Source: Octopus sinensis
Taxonomy: Eukaryota
Direction of reading: 5' to 3'
NCBI RefSeq assembly: GCF_006345805.1
Contig: NW_021834904.1
Span: 1 to 43,987, forward strand
DNA: 43,987 nucleotides
Part shown: positions 12,187 to 24,516 of the stretch, piece by piece
Position numbering within the stretch: position 1 is the stretch's first letter
How the letters are laid out: each line of letters starts with the position of its first letter
Made by a program: the position numbers and the translations under genes
Notes under the pieces: generated by a model
Databases searched by the model: none
Told to the model about the DNA's origin: nothing
The model's input: only the letters and a program-made list of their open reading frames with translations

Positions 12187-13705
12187 AGTGTTTATTATTT
12201 GTGTATTTGTTCAACCGGATTATTTTTTCATAAATTACGTGTCTTTTTGATGATGACATATGCATATACAAATGCATTTCTCTTTCGATACACACGGACA
12301 CTATATATCTATGTATACATATATATGTATGAATATATGGTCATAAAAAAAACAGTTACATTCTCATCGGTGTTTCATCAGCGTTACAAACCTGTTATAA
12401 ATTCTTTTCAGATTGGCAGGAACTTGAGTAATCTTTCTAATTTCGTTACTCATAAGAAATATATGGTAATTGTTCGCAATATGTACGCAAGGGCTGACAC
12501 ATTTTGAAGAAAGACTAAAGTGAAGGTTGTAGCTTTGATAACTTCACAAGAATAATTAGCGTCGCTAATGAAGTTAGAATGCTTGAAGCGTGTCACAGCC
12601 TCTACGGCCCCCATGCTGTTCCCAACTTTTATACGCTTAACGACTTTTCATGTTGGCAAAATGCCACAGATATAGCGGATGGGGCGGATGAGATGCAATC
12701 AAATGAATCGAACTAAGTACATAACGAGTACCTATTTGATCGATTAATGTGGATAGGGGATGAGAGTAATTTCAATCATTCGGTTCTGGATTTGAAAGCG
12801 TAGTCGAGAAAAGGAACGAAGAATAAAAGAACAACGAAACAAAACAAGAATAAAAACAAAAACAAAAGCCGTTAGTCATTCATGTTCAATTCTGACGTGT
12901 TTTTGTCACCCTATTTACTCTTGCCATGTATATAAGAATAATTTAAGAAAACACGTATCTGAGATTGTAAGAAATGGTAATAACACTAATTAAGTTTCTT
13001 GATACCAGATAACCAGTAGTAATTAGTTTAATGTAGATAGCTATTAAAGACAGGTAAATTAGTTTTTGTTTTACCTGGAGAAATTTCTCTATGTTTAACT
13101 AATGAATGTCTATTAACTAAGGTAGATGATGGACTAATGATTGTCTATTAACTCTGAAACATACTTTCACATTTAACACTTGCGGTTATATTTTCTACTA
13201 TTTCATTTGACTTCTGTCTCCTTCAGCCTCTAACTTCTTCCTCCTCCCTTCATTCGATCACTTTGTCTTTCTTTATATCTATTCTTTCTTTTCTTTTCTT
13301 TTTTTTTTGTTGTTGTATTTATCTCTTCTCTTTTTAGTTCTTGTTACGCGTCTAAACATACATGCAGATACGCATACGAAAGGTACAATGTCGCCATTGC
13401 TAAACTGAAATTATCTGTCTCTGTCTCTGTCTCTGTCTGTCTCTCTGTCTGTCTGTGTCTCTCTCATTCACACACACACACATTCTCTCTCCCTCTCATC
13501 TCCCTCCGCACTCTGTCTATGTTTCTGTTTATCATTTCCCTTACACAAGCACTAAGCCAACGTACACACAAACACACGTCTATTCATGCAGATGCGATAT
13601 ATCGCATGCAATCATGTCGATACTAAAATAAACAAGTGATGTAGCTGAAGCGAAAAATAATGAGGAAGGGTGCGCACAATCACATACGCTCACTCACAAC
13701 ACACA

Positions 13706-13790
<85 letters not shown>

Positions 13791-14142
13791 CACACACATA
13801 CAAATAATCACACACGTACATATATATACACACACACTTTTGTGTAACAGAACGACATAGTTAAGTAAACGTGTCCAATAGATTACTGGTACTTTTGTTG
13901 CACTTTTTTCTCCGCCGAAATGAACAAAATGAAAACGGAGTCGTCATGGACACTGTCCGTCAGTGGTCCTCAGCCGGGGCCCACACGGCCCTTAAGTAGG
14001 TCTACACAGCTCTTAAGAGGTCCACATAAAATTTTGATGTTAAAATTTGTGTACAATAAATTGCTTTTACTTTTACAATTCACAAAATATTTTATAAATT
14101 TTTTTTACATAAAATTTCTGATAATATTCAATTATAAAAATA

Positions 14143-14586
14143 TACTCTTTTACTCTTTTACTTGTTTCAGTCGTTTGACTGCGGCCATGCTGGAGCACCG
14201 CCTTTTGTCGAACAAATCGATCCCAGGACTTTGTAAGCCTAGTACTTATTCTATCGGAGTCTTTTGCCGAACCTCTAGGTTTCGGAGACATAAACACACC
14301 AACATCGGTTGTCAAGCGATGGGGGAGGGACAAACATAGACTCTTAAATGCACACACACACGCATGCTCACACACACACACAAACACTCACGCGCACACA
14401 CACAACACACACACATACACACACAGACATATATATACGACGGGATTCTTTCAGTTTCCGTCAACCAAATCCATTCACAAGGATTCGGTTGGTCTAAGGC
14501 TATAGTACAAGACACTTAGTCAATGTGTCACGCAGTGGAATTGAACCCAGAACCATGTGGCTAGGAAGCAAGCTCCTTACCACACG
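14143..14586 (-). mobile_element. SINE family B
   Basis: Collinear with other family B copies; internal (CA)n. Confidence 0.9.
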
Positions 14587-14610
14587 AGGAACGTTTTTAA
14601 ACATCGAATG

Positions 14611-15018
<408 letters not shown>

Positions 15019-15372
15019 ATCGAATGTTTATTAGGGTCCAGTAGTGTAAAATATGAATCGAAGGGGTCCACAGGTAAAAAAAAAAAAAGAAAATGGCTGA
15101 GAACCAGTGCTTTAAGCGAATCTGTTGTCAAATTTCCTTCAAATCGCAGTCTAACAAAATGACATGAAACAATGAACATCATGGATTTGCTCGATCACGG
15201 CTGATCTTGGCCAAAACAAAACAACAGAAGAAGCAGCAACGTCAGCAGCAACGTCAGCATCATCGTCAGCAGCAGCAGCAGCAACAAAACGCTAACAGCG
15301 AAATACCAAAGTCTGCTTCATCGATCGTATGCAAACTCAAACCTAAAGCGGAGGAGCATAAAAATCAAACAT

Positions 15373-15583
15373 TTTCTTTCTTTCTATCATAGGCACAAGG
15401 CCAGTAACTTTTAAGGGACTAGATAAGTCGATTACATCTGTCCCAGTGCTCAAATGGTACTTATATTATCGACTACCTAAAGGCTGAAAGAGAAGGTCGA
15501 CTTTGGTGGAATCTGAACTCAGAACGTCAAAAGCCGAAAGAACGATTCAGCATTTTGTCCGGCATGGCAACGGTTCAGCTAGC
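15373..15583 (-). mobile_element. Older SINE family A copy
   Basis: AAGTCGATTACATC, GGTACTTATATTATCGAC, GTCGACTTTGGTGGAATCTGAACTCAGAACGT blocks; diverged. Confidence 0.75.
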
Positions 15584-15650
15584 AGGGCTTAGAAACCAAA
15601 GAAGAGAAGGTCTGATTGGGCCACGGTGAGTGAACATTTGTTAAACATTT

Positions 15651-16077
15651 ACTGTTTTACTCTTTGACTTGTTTCAGTCATTTGACTGCGGCCATGCTGG
15701 AGCCCCGCAGGACTTATTCCTTGTAAGCCTAGTACTTATTCTATCGGTCTCTATTGCCGAACCGCTAAGTTACGGGGATGTAAACACACCAGCATCAGTT
15801 GTCAAGCGATTGGGGGGGGGACAAACATAGACTCACAAACATATACACACACATATATATATATATACATATATATATATAATATATATATATATACACA
15901 CACACGTATATATACGACGGGCTTCTTTCTGTTTCCGTCTACCAAATCCACTCACAAGTCTTTGGTCGGCCCGAGGCTATAGAAGAAGACACTTGCCCAA
16001 GGTGCCACGCAGTGGGACTGAACCCGGAACCATGTGGTTGGTAAGCAAGCTACTTACCACACAGCCGCTCCTGCGCC
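15651..16077 (-). mobile_element. SINE family B, near full length, with probable 14-bp TSD
   Basis: Close match to other copies; flanks TTTGTTAAACATTT (15637-15650) and TTTGTTAAAAATTT (16079-16092). Confidence 0.9.
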
Positions 16078-16924
16078 GTTTGTTAAAAATTTGTTAAGCA
16101 TTTGTTAAAAATCAACAGATCAAATTAGAGAGTTGCTTACGAATATACGTTTATTAAAGGAAACAATTAACAAATTACAACAAAATCATATGCACATAAA
16201 AAATAAAATAAAGTAACAATATGAATAATTTAATTAGTTAATTAGCTCCAAACTGTGTACTGATGTGAAAAAACATGAAAAAACGAATACAGAGTAAATC
16301 AGTTGTACGTCATAGGAATTGAACCTGCTTTGCTTACGATGGATGACCACCACCAGATATTACAATGGAGCAGCACAATCGATGGACCTGCTAGAAATAG
16401 CCCGTGATAAACTGTTAAATGTAGGTGTGCGCAATAAGGGCCTTATCAAGTAAAATATATGGATGATATGAAATGCTAGATGTGTGCGTCAAACCGAAGC
16501 ATTTGAACGGTTGTTTATGCGTAACAATGGTATTCTCGTGCAGGGCTAACTAGGAAGCAGGTCTAAAAAGTAAGATATTTGACCTTCAGATTTTGTATCA
16601 AAGATTTTGGCTCAGCTTTTTCGGAAAGATTAAGTAAAAGGTGGAGGAGAAATTAGAGACAAAAGTGTTCAAGAGACGTAGTTGTAGTGGTGGTGGTGGT
16701 GGGCAAAATGTATGGTAAAATGGAAACCAAGAGAGAAAGCAAGGTAAAGCAAGTATGGAAGATAAATGATAGAGAAAGGAAGAGGAGATTATTAAAAAGG
16801 GGTACAATGAAGTGAGAGAGAAAAGAGACATATGCAAGAGAAACACACATACTGAGATGGAAAGAGAAAAGGTGAGAGAGAGAGAGAGACAGAGAGAGAG
16901 AGAGACAGAGAGAGAGACAGAGAC

Positions 16925-16956
<32 letters not shown>

Positions 16957-17531
16957 CAGGAGAAGAGGAATGGAAGGAACAAATAAAGGGAGAGATAATA
17001 AGAGATGGGTTAGAGAAACTATATAAATGGAAATGAGCAATTTAAAAATTGCGAACAGAAAGAAATAAAAAAAAAAACAAAAAAATAACAAAAGTGAAAA
17101 CAAAAATAAAAATAAAGATAAAAATGAAAATAAAACATGATGATGTGAGAATTAGTTTTAGAGACGGCTGTAGATGAGAGGTCAAAGTGTAGTGTTAATG
17201 GTGTTGGAGATGTTTTTATAGTGTTTGGTAGAGGAAGGAAGAAGGAACTGGTATAAACATGGCGCAGGGAGGTAGAAAACAGGCGAACGAACGAAGAGTC
17301 ACAATAAGGTAATAAGAAGGTGTCTGAGGAAATAAAATGATTGTCATACATAAACACAAACACACACTAACACGGCTGTTTGTTTGTGTGTGTGTCTGTG
17401 TGTCCCCGTATACATGCATATTTCGTTTTCGTTAGTATTAACGAATGGGAAAAAATATATACTCATTACCTTCCAATTTTCTGTTATTCAGCAGTTTCCT
17501 CGACGTTAAGTCGGATAAAATAAACTTATAT

Positions 17532-17660
17532 AACCACATGGTTTTCGGTTCAGTCCCACTGCGTGGCACCTTGGCCAAGGGTCTTCTACTATAGCCACGG
17601 GCCGACCAAAGCCTTGAGAGTGGATTTGGTGGACGGAAACTGAAAGAAGACCGTCGTATA
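17532..17660 (+). mobile_element. SINE family B, 5' half (split by later insertions)
   Basis: AACCACATGG..GGTTCAGTCCCACTGCGTGGCACCTTGG..GAAAGAAGACCGTCGTATA; the 3' half resumes at about 20555. Confidence 0.88.
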
Positions 17661-18626
17661 TATATGTATATATATATATATCTTATTATAAAAGGCAGAT
17701 TTTATCTGCCTCCCTTTGTCAGTTATAGAAATCTACAATATAGGATTTCTTCAATTACAATTTACTTAGCATTTTTAAGAGTAGAATGCATCGGGTTTTG
17801 ACAGGTCCACTTTTTAAAATTTAAACTCCAATTAAGCAAAATTTACAGAAAACTCACATTCTGGTGTGTATGTCAAATGCTTTTCTTAATGTGGTTTACA
17901 CCACACGCACACGCACACACACAGTGTGCAGCTAATAAAATGAAGGTAATTCACCTTTTGTAGTGAGTGACTCTTTCAGTCTGCCACTTCCTCTTTACAC
18001 ACATAGACACGCAAATATATAAATAAAATTGTAAGCTAACGTGCGTGTTTGTGAGTGTGTGTGTGCGTGTGTGTGTGTGTGTGAGGGTGCGTGTGTGTGT
18101 GTGTGTGCGTGTGTGCGTGCGTGTGCGTGAGTGTGTGACAGGAAAGTTTTTTAGGACGAATATAAGACCTATATCGGCGATGTTTCGCTTGTCGTAGCAC
18201 AGGTTCCGTCGATTTCCGTAAAAACTTTATTTTTTTTTACATAAGTAATGAGAGCGAAAGAGACTAAGAGAAAGCGATTGTATGACGAGGGAAGTTCTTT
18301 TGAAGTTACCGTGCATGGGACGCATTGATGTACATGTGTGTGTGTGTGTGTGTTTGATGGAGTGTGGGAGACAGACAGTATGTTGTGTAAGTGAAGTGCT
18401 CTGTTAGTGTGTGTGAAGAACAGAGAGAGTAATGTGAAAGAGAGAGATAACTGAAATTTTTTACTCGGTTTATGTGTATATGTATGTATGCATGTATGTG
18501 TGTGTGGTATGTATGTGTGTGTGTATGTATGTATGTATTTTGGCCGATTCAGTGTTTACATTTTTTACGGAAATCGACGGAAACGTGTGCTACGACAAGC
18601 GAAACATCGCTCCTATATCCAAGTAG

Positions 18627-19093
18627 CAGAAAGATCGCCCAAAAGTGTATATAGATATTTAAATGTATTTATATATTCATCTATATACAGATGTATGTAT
18701 AATGTGTGTGTATATATTCCATACACGTACCATTCACTCCGCACAAAGTTTTTTAGGACGAAATAAGATCTAAAGTTATCTCTAAGTAGCACAGAGAGAT
18801 CGCCCAAAAGTGTATATAGATATATAAATGTATTTATATTCATCTATGCACACATGTATGTATAACGTGTGTGTATATATTTCCATAGAGGTAACCATTC
18901 ACTCCATACAAAGTTTTTTAGCACGAAAATAAGATCTAAAGTTATCTCTAAGAAACAGAAAGATCGCCCAAAAGTGTATATAGATATTTAAATGTATTTA
19001 TATATTCATCTATACACACATGTATGTATAATGTGCGTGTATATATTCCATAGAGGTAACCATTCAATCCATACAAAGTTTTTTAGGACGAAA
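18627..19093 (+). repeat. ~165-bp tandem repeat (about 2.8 copies) inside the Helitron
   Basis: Units start CAGA(A/G)AGATCGCCCAAAAGTGTATATAG at 18627, 18792 and 18956. Confidence 0.9.
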
Positions 19094-19322
19094 AATATTT
19101 ATATATAAAAGAAAGGTTGTGTGTCTGTCTACTCCGATTTAGATTCCTAACTACTCCCACATTTTGCGATGCAGTTTAACCAAAACCGGGTATCTTATAG
19201 TCGTGATTCATATCGAGCCCTTCTGGGTATTAGCGCGCGTCTACGATGAGTCTATGATTTTACAAATAATTTACCATCATTTTTTTTCATTTTAATGCAT
19301 ATTTTTTAAAATAAAGGAAGTA

Positions 19323-19837
19323 ACTCTCAAACTTCACACCAATATGCGTGCTCATATGCGACGTAATATCACATCAGCAGCATTTCCTCACACCCTCCTT
19401 GCACTTGGCGAAGGCAAAATACCAGGGGATGAAAATGGTAATATTGCCATCGATTCCATTTGTACCATTGTTAAGACGCCTTCTGATCTCAGAGATGCAG
19501 TGTTCCCAGATCTACAAGCTAATTATCAGAATATGGATTGGATTGGCAAAAAGGCTATACTGGCCCCGAGGAATAAAACTGTTCACCATATTAATGATGA
19601 AATGCTAAAACTCATTCCTGGGGAAGTCTATGTATATCAGTCTATCGATACAACTCCTGACCCAGAGGACGTCATCAACTATCCAATAGAGGTACTCAAT
19701 TCCTTTGAGCACCCCGGACTACCACCACACTTTCTCAAACTTAAAGTTGGTGCCCCTATAATGCTCATCAGAATTTGGTTCCCCCAAAACAATGCAATGG
19801 CACACGTTTGATCGTTAAGTCCTTATCTCCCACCGTA
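19323..19837 (+). pseudogene. Helitron RepHel PIF1-type helicase fragment
   Basis: LHTNMR, AILAPRN, YPIEVLNS..GLPPHFLKLKVGAPIMLIR, then a 1-nt frameshift to NLVPPKQCNGTRLIV; characteristic PIF1/Helitron motifs; truncated at both ends. Confidence 0.92.
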
Positions 19838-19969
19838 AGCTTATATCAATATTTGCCTGAATAATCATCATAATTCAGTGCAATCATTAACAGTACTTTC
19901 AAGCAATTCAGCCCCGAGCAACGCCGGGCAATTCTGCTAGTATATATATATATATATAATATAGATATA

Positions 19970-20217
19970 TAATAAAAAGGTTCAGCAAAGTTGCTTCACC
20001 ACACACTGAAGTTTTAGAAACTAGCACCAAAAATCTTTGCTATTTCTTCTACCGGAGAAACCAAAATACTTGAGGGATTATCTTCAAGTAATTACTTCAA
20101 TTATTTGGTTTTATCCGGAGACCCCCTTTTAAGTAGAAGAAATAGCTAAGATTTTTGGCTGCTATTTCTAAACTTCGGTGTGGTGTGAAGCAAATCTTTG
20201 CTGAACCCTTTTTATTA
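19970..20217. repeat. ~250-bp foldback inverted repeat
   Basis: 19970-20052 is an imperfect reverse complement of 20133-20217; inner CCGGAGAAACCAAAATA / TATTTGGTTTTATCCGG also pairs. Confidence 0.9.
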
Positions 20218-20318
20218 GTATTACTTAAACTTACCGTGAAATGTCCTTTTTTCATACCGAATTCTACTTGGTGAAATTATTAATTATTTCTTAATTATTT
20301 AATGTTACCCCTTGTTAT

Positions 20319-20372
<54 letters not shown>

Positions 20373-20554
20373 CATATATATATATGTGTGGTGGTGTGGT
20401 GTGTGTGTGTGTGCGTGGTGTTGTGTATGTGTGTGTGCGTGTGTGTGTGTATTTGTGCGCGCGCGCGTATGTGTGTGTGTGTGCGTGTGTGGTGTGTGTG
20501 CGCGCGTGTGTGTGTGCGTGTGTGTGTGTATGTGTGTGTGTGTGTGTGTGTTGT

Positions 20555-20753
20555 GTGTCGGTCTTCGTCCCCCCTAACATCGCTTGACAACCGATGTTGG
20601 TGTGTTTACGTACCCGTATCTTAGCGGTTCGGCAAAAGAGTCCGATAGAATATGTACTAAGCTAGCAAAGAATAAGTCCTGGGGTCGATCTCTTCGGCTA
20701 ACGGTGGTGCCCCAGCATGGCCGCAGTCAAATGACTGAAACAAGTAAAAAGAA
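20555..20753 (+). mobile_element. SINE family B, 3' half
   Basis: CATCGCTTGACAACCGATGTTGGTGTGTTTAC..GCATGGCCGCAGTCAAATGACTGAAACAAGTAAAA. Confidence 0.88.
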
Positions 20754-20768
20754 TATATATATATATAT

Positions 20769-20964
20769 GGGGGGAAATTCAAGAAAAAAACAAAAGACGA
20801 AGACAAGTGGTGTAGACAACAAACAGATGTATTAGTATAACGCTCGGGAAGTGAAATAGTCTTTAACGTTTCGAGCCTACGCGCTTCCTCACAAAGGAAC
20901 ACAGAAAGAAACAAGGAGAGAAAATAAAGAATGTGTAGTGGCTAGCGATCTATCATGGCGAATC
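20769..20964 (-). mobile_element. Solo Penelope-like terminal repeat in (TA)n with decayed hammerhead (20860-20897)
   Basis: Homologous to 38775-38980; minus strand ccttt-GTGAGGA-a-GCGC-gtag-GCTC-GAAA-CG-T-T-aaag; (TA)n on both sides. Confidence 0.75.
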
Positions 20965-20999
20965 ATATATATATATATATAATATATATATATATATAT

Positions 21000-21505
21000 C
21001 TTCCACTTGTTTAAGTCATTAGACTGCGGCCATGATGGGGCACTGGCTTGAAGAGTTTTACTCGAACAAATGGACTCCAGGACATATTTTTTAAGCATGG
21101 TACTTATTCTATCGTTTACTTTTGCCGCACCGATATGTTACGGGAGCGTAAACAAACCAACAGTGGATGTGTGGTGAGACAAACACACACACATACATAT
21201 ATGCAACGTGCTCTTTTAGTTTCCATCTACCAAATCCACTCACATGCTTCGGTTGGCCCTTGGCTATAGTAGAAGACATTTGCCCAAGGTGCCACACAAT
21301 GGTACTGAACCCGGAACCATGTGGTTGGGACGCAAGCTTCTTATCACATAGCCACAATACTTACTCTATCGGTCTTTCTTGCCGAACCCCCATGTTATGG
21401 TGACGTAAACATACCGACAGTGGATGTGTGGTGGGAAACACACACACATGCATACACACACGCAACGTGTTCCTTTCAGTTCTTGTCTACCAAATCCACT
21501 CACAA
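21000..21505 (-). mobile_element. SINE family B copy plus a partial tandem second copy
   Basis: 21000-21355 is nearly complete; 21357-21505 repeats the middle part and is cut by the RTE remnant. Confidence 0.82.
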
Positions 21506-22612
21506 AGAGGACCAAGGACATTAAATGAGAGAAGATGGGTCACGGTGTGTCCGACTGTGGCCGATCGAGCCGATGCGTGTCCGGAAAGCTTTGCTGCAGG
21601 TCAGGCATTGCTAGTCTGTTGGAACTGAAGCCAAGGAATTGACTATGGACTTACCTAGTTCACGTTTGCTTTGTGCGTCTGATCCTATTCTGTTCGTAGG
21701 AGGTGGCACCTCGGTTGGTGCAGCCTCGCCAGGCAGGGTGGTCATATGCTTGTATATCCCCGGTGTCAGGGATGTATCGCAAAGCACTTGAGAGAGGCTC
21801 TAAGTGTATCTGTGAAGCGCTCTTTCTGTCCAATTTGTGTGCACTATCTTTCTGCCAGTTTTCTGTAAAACAGTCTTGTGGAGAGTCGTGTTGGGCCTTC
21901 GAACAAGGTGACATACCCAACTTGACTTATACTCTCCTGAACAGCTCAGTTCGAGAGAGGATCTCCGTATCTGTGACTTTGTCTTCCCGGGTGATTTTCA
22001 ACAGCTTTCTCAGGCAGTTCATGTAGTAACAGTTTAGCCGTTTAGCGTGGCGTTCGTAAGCCGTTCATATTTCTCAGACACAGTAATGAAGGCACTTCAG
22101 TTGTTTGGTACACCGCCAAATTGGTGGCCAGCATAATGCCTCTCATCTCCCAAACTGATTCACGTAGCCGCCCGAATGCTGAGCTTTCCTTTGCAATGCG
22201 TATGTCGACTTCGCCGTCAATGTTCACAGATCCGGAGAGTCTGATGCTGAAGTACCTGAACTTATTAATAACCATCAGGGTTTCCCCTTCGACAGTGGTA
22301 GTTGATTCTACATACTGCATGTGTGGGGCATGTTGGGGCATGACCTCTGTCGTTTGAGTACTGATTGTGAGGCCATACTTGTTGCAGGTAGTGGAAAAGC
22401 AGTTCATGTTATGCTGCATCTGAGTCTCTGTGGTGGCTTTGACTGCGCAGTCGTCTGTGAGCAGGGACGGTGCACTGAGTCCTCTTTCAGCTTGGTCTTG
22501 GCCTGTAGTCTCTGCAGGTTAAAGAGTCTGTCATCAGTCCTGGATCCGTGATGAACAGTGTAGGTTCGAGTACACAGCCCTGCTTGATTCTGTTAGTGAT
22601 TACGAATACGTC
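21506..22612 (-). mobile_element. RTE-clade LINE remnant (RT C-terminal half to 3' end)
   Basis: Minus-strand peptides IKQGCVLEPTLF, RTDDRLFNLQRLQAKTK, LLTDDCA (FADD decayed), YGLTIS, RIAKESSAFGRLRESVW, and terminal KAFRTRIGSIGHSRTH; frameshifts and an internal deletion. Confidence 0.9.
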
Positions 22613-22769
22613 GATTGCGAATGAGTTGGAGTATTAAGAAACTGACAGGTTGCATTTAATATGACAACAGGTAAAAAAAATGTTGATAACTGATATAGCG
22701 TTAAATTCAAAAGGGCTCAGATAGTGTCACTAATTAGGCGGTCAGAAGTTAGAAACTCAATACCTGTCA

Positions 22770-23130
22770 GCAAGAATCCTTGTAGTTGAAATTTTTGGTT
22801 CACAGCAAAGACATTCTTTAAATGAGTGAAAAATTTCTCGTTCTGTGTGTGGTAAGAGTTACTCGTTCTAATATAGGCCATTGTATTTCTAAGAGAGCTG
22901 AAATATATTCCTTCATATATGAAGCTTGCTTGTAGAGTTTCGTGAATAATCTCTCATCCAAATACTTAAGACCAAACTCGTGTAGAATTGCAGTTTAAAT
23001 CCACTTCCCGTGAATTCTGTTTGTTGCTTTGTACACGGGGCTGTTGTAATCTTGTACTTTTGTAATTTATACTACTTTTTTCATTCATGCAATGACAGAC
23101 AGCACATTCCAGTTATTAGTGACATCAGAG
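22770..23130 (-). mobile_element. Highly decayed Penelope-like GIY-YIG endonuclease region
   Basis: Ordered minus-strand fragments across frames: CHCMNEK, PVYKATN, GFKLQFY, IQWPILER, KECLCCEPK, resembling CNCR..VYKA..FKxRFY..IxWxIL..CxLCxxEK of PLE endonucleases. Confidence 0.45.
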
Positions 23131-23208
23131 AATCTTTGAGCAGTAAATTGTTTTACAAGAAAGGCAAAGCTTTTCCTCAAACAGCTCAAGGATGATTGTA
23201 TATACATT

Positions 23209-23251
<43 letters not shown>

Positions 23252-23270
23252 TGTGGTGTGTGTGTGTGTT

Positions 23271-23492
23271 CTTTTCTTCTTTTACTTTAGACATCAGACT
23301 GCAGCTATGCTGGGGCACCGCCTTGGAGAATCTTAGTCGAATAAATTCGTCCCAGTACATTTTTTTTTAAATTTTGGAAGTCTTGCACTTATTCCATCGA
23401 TTTCTTTTTGCCGAACCGTTAAGTTACGGAGGTGTAAACACATTAACACCGGTTGTCGAGCGGTGGTGAAGGACGAACAAAAATACAAACAT
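23271..23492 (-). mobile_element. SINE family B, 3' module (head remnant at 24037-24067)
   Basis: GACTGCAGCTATGCTGGGGCACCGCC..GCCGAACCGTTAAGTTACGG; AGCTTCTTACGACACAGCCACCCCTGCGCC lies beyond the family A dimer. Confidence 0.8.
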
Positions 23493-23623
23493 ATATATGT
23501 ATATCACAGCACCACACAACACACAACACACCACGCACCCCACACCACACCACACACCACCACAACACACACCACCTAACCACACCACGCCACATCACAC
23601 CACCCCGCACACACTAGCACTGA

Positions 23624-24036
23624 CCTATTTCTTTACTACCCACAAGGGGCTAAACACAGAGAGGATAAACAAGGACAGACAAACGGATTAAGTCGATTAT
23701 ATCGACTCCAGTACGTAACTGGTACTTATTTAATCGACCCCGAAAGGATGAAAGGCAAAGTCGACCTCGGCGGAATTTGATCTAAGAACGTAGCGGCAGA
23801 CGAAATACCGATTTCTTTATTACCCACAAGGGGCTAAACACAGAGGGGACAAACAAGGACAGACATAGGTATTAAGTCGATTACATCGACCCCAGTGCGT
23901 AACTGGTACTTAATTTATCGACCCCAAAAGGATGAAAGGCAAAGTCGACCTCGGCGGAATTTGAACTCACAACGTAACGCAGACGAAATACCGATAAGCA
24001 TTTCGCCCGGCGTGCTAACGGTTCTGCAAGCTCACC
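23624..24036 (-). mobile_element. Dimeric SINE family A
   Basis: Two ~190-bp units (23624-23810, 23811-24000) and a single head; both carry the CCCACAAGGGGCTAAACACAGAG tail. Confidence 0.92.
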
Positions 24037-24109
24037 AGCTTCTTACGACACAGCCACCCCTGCGCCTGTATATGTATGTATATTGTTATGTAGAGCGTTA
24101 TTCAACATT

Positions 24110-24516
24110 TCCGTGTACATTAGAGCATGGAAAGACACTACGCTGCACTAATTACAAAAGAGAAGAAATTCTCCTCATAGACAAAATCGATGGAAACACA
24201 CCGCTACGCTATGGATGACGTTACCAGTCTGTAGCACGCATGCATTTCTGTGTCGTTACGCCTCATCAGCTATTTATATCGAACCGTCGTATATGACTAG
24301 TAAGAACTGGTCAATCTGATATCAGAATAGCAAATTATACATTTGCTGATGTGCAAAATGTTTTACCACGCTGAAATAAATTCAGTAAAAGATTACTAAA
24401 TGGAGTTGAATGAAATGTTATGTATAGTCTTCTTATATGTGTTCGTGTGCATTCGGACATGACAAGACTATACGCTGTACAAGCTGTCGCGAGAGAAGAA
24501 ATTCTCCTTATAAGAC
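24110..24516 (-). mobile_element. ~330-bp unit with terminal direct repeats and a decayed hammerhead (24232-24272); retrozyme- or PLE-repeat-like
   Basis: 24110-24182 resembles 24442-24516 (..CGTGTxCATT..CATG..AAGAC..TACGCTG..AGAGAAGAAATTCTCCT); minus strand tag-CTGATGA-GGCGT-aacg-ACACA-GAAA-TGCATGCG-T-G-cta. Confidence 0.5.

Larger units (their letters stand above)
17681..19940 (+). mobile_element. Non-autonomous Helitron with both termini
   Basis: A|TC start (TCTTATTATAAAAGG, 17681); GC-rich hairpin CCCGAGCAACGCCGGG (19913-19928) 8 nt before CTAG|T (19937-19940); contains a PIF1 helicase fragment. Confidence 0.88.

Noticed and set aside
12565-12600. CTAATGAAG..CTTGAAGCGTGTC
   Set aside because: Two core mismatches and no stem I.
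13098-13153. 21-bp direct repeat ACTAATGA(A/T)TGTCTATTAACT
   Set aside because: Two copies 14 bp apart; an ordinary local duplication with no further structure.
16388-16402. GCTAGAAATAGC, matching part of the Cas9 sgRNA scaffold
   Set aside because: Only 12 nt and part of a recurrent endogenous repeat word; no other vector sequence.
18627-19093. Regularly spaced repeats as a possible CRISPR array
   Set aside because: Whole 165-bp units repeat with no unique spacers; eukaryotic Helitron context and no cas genes.
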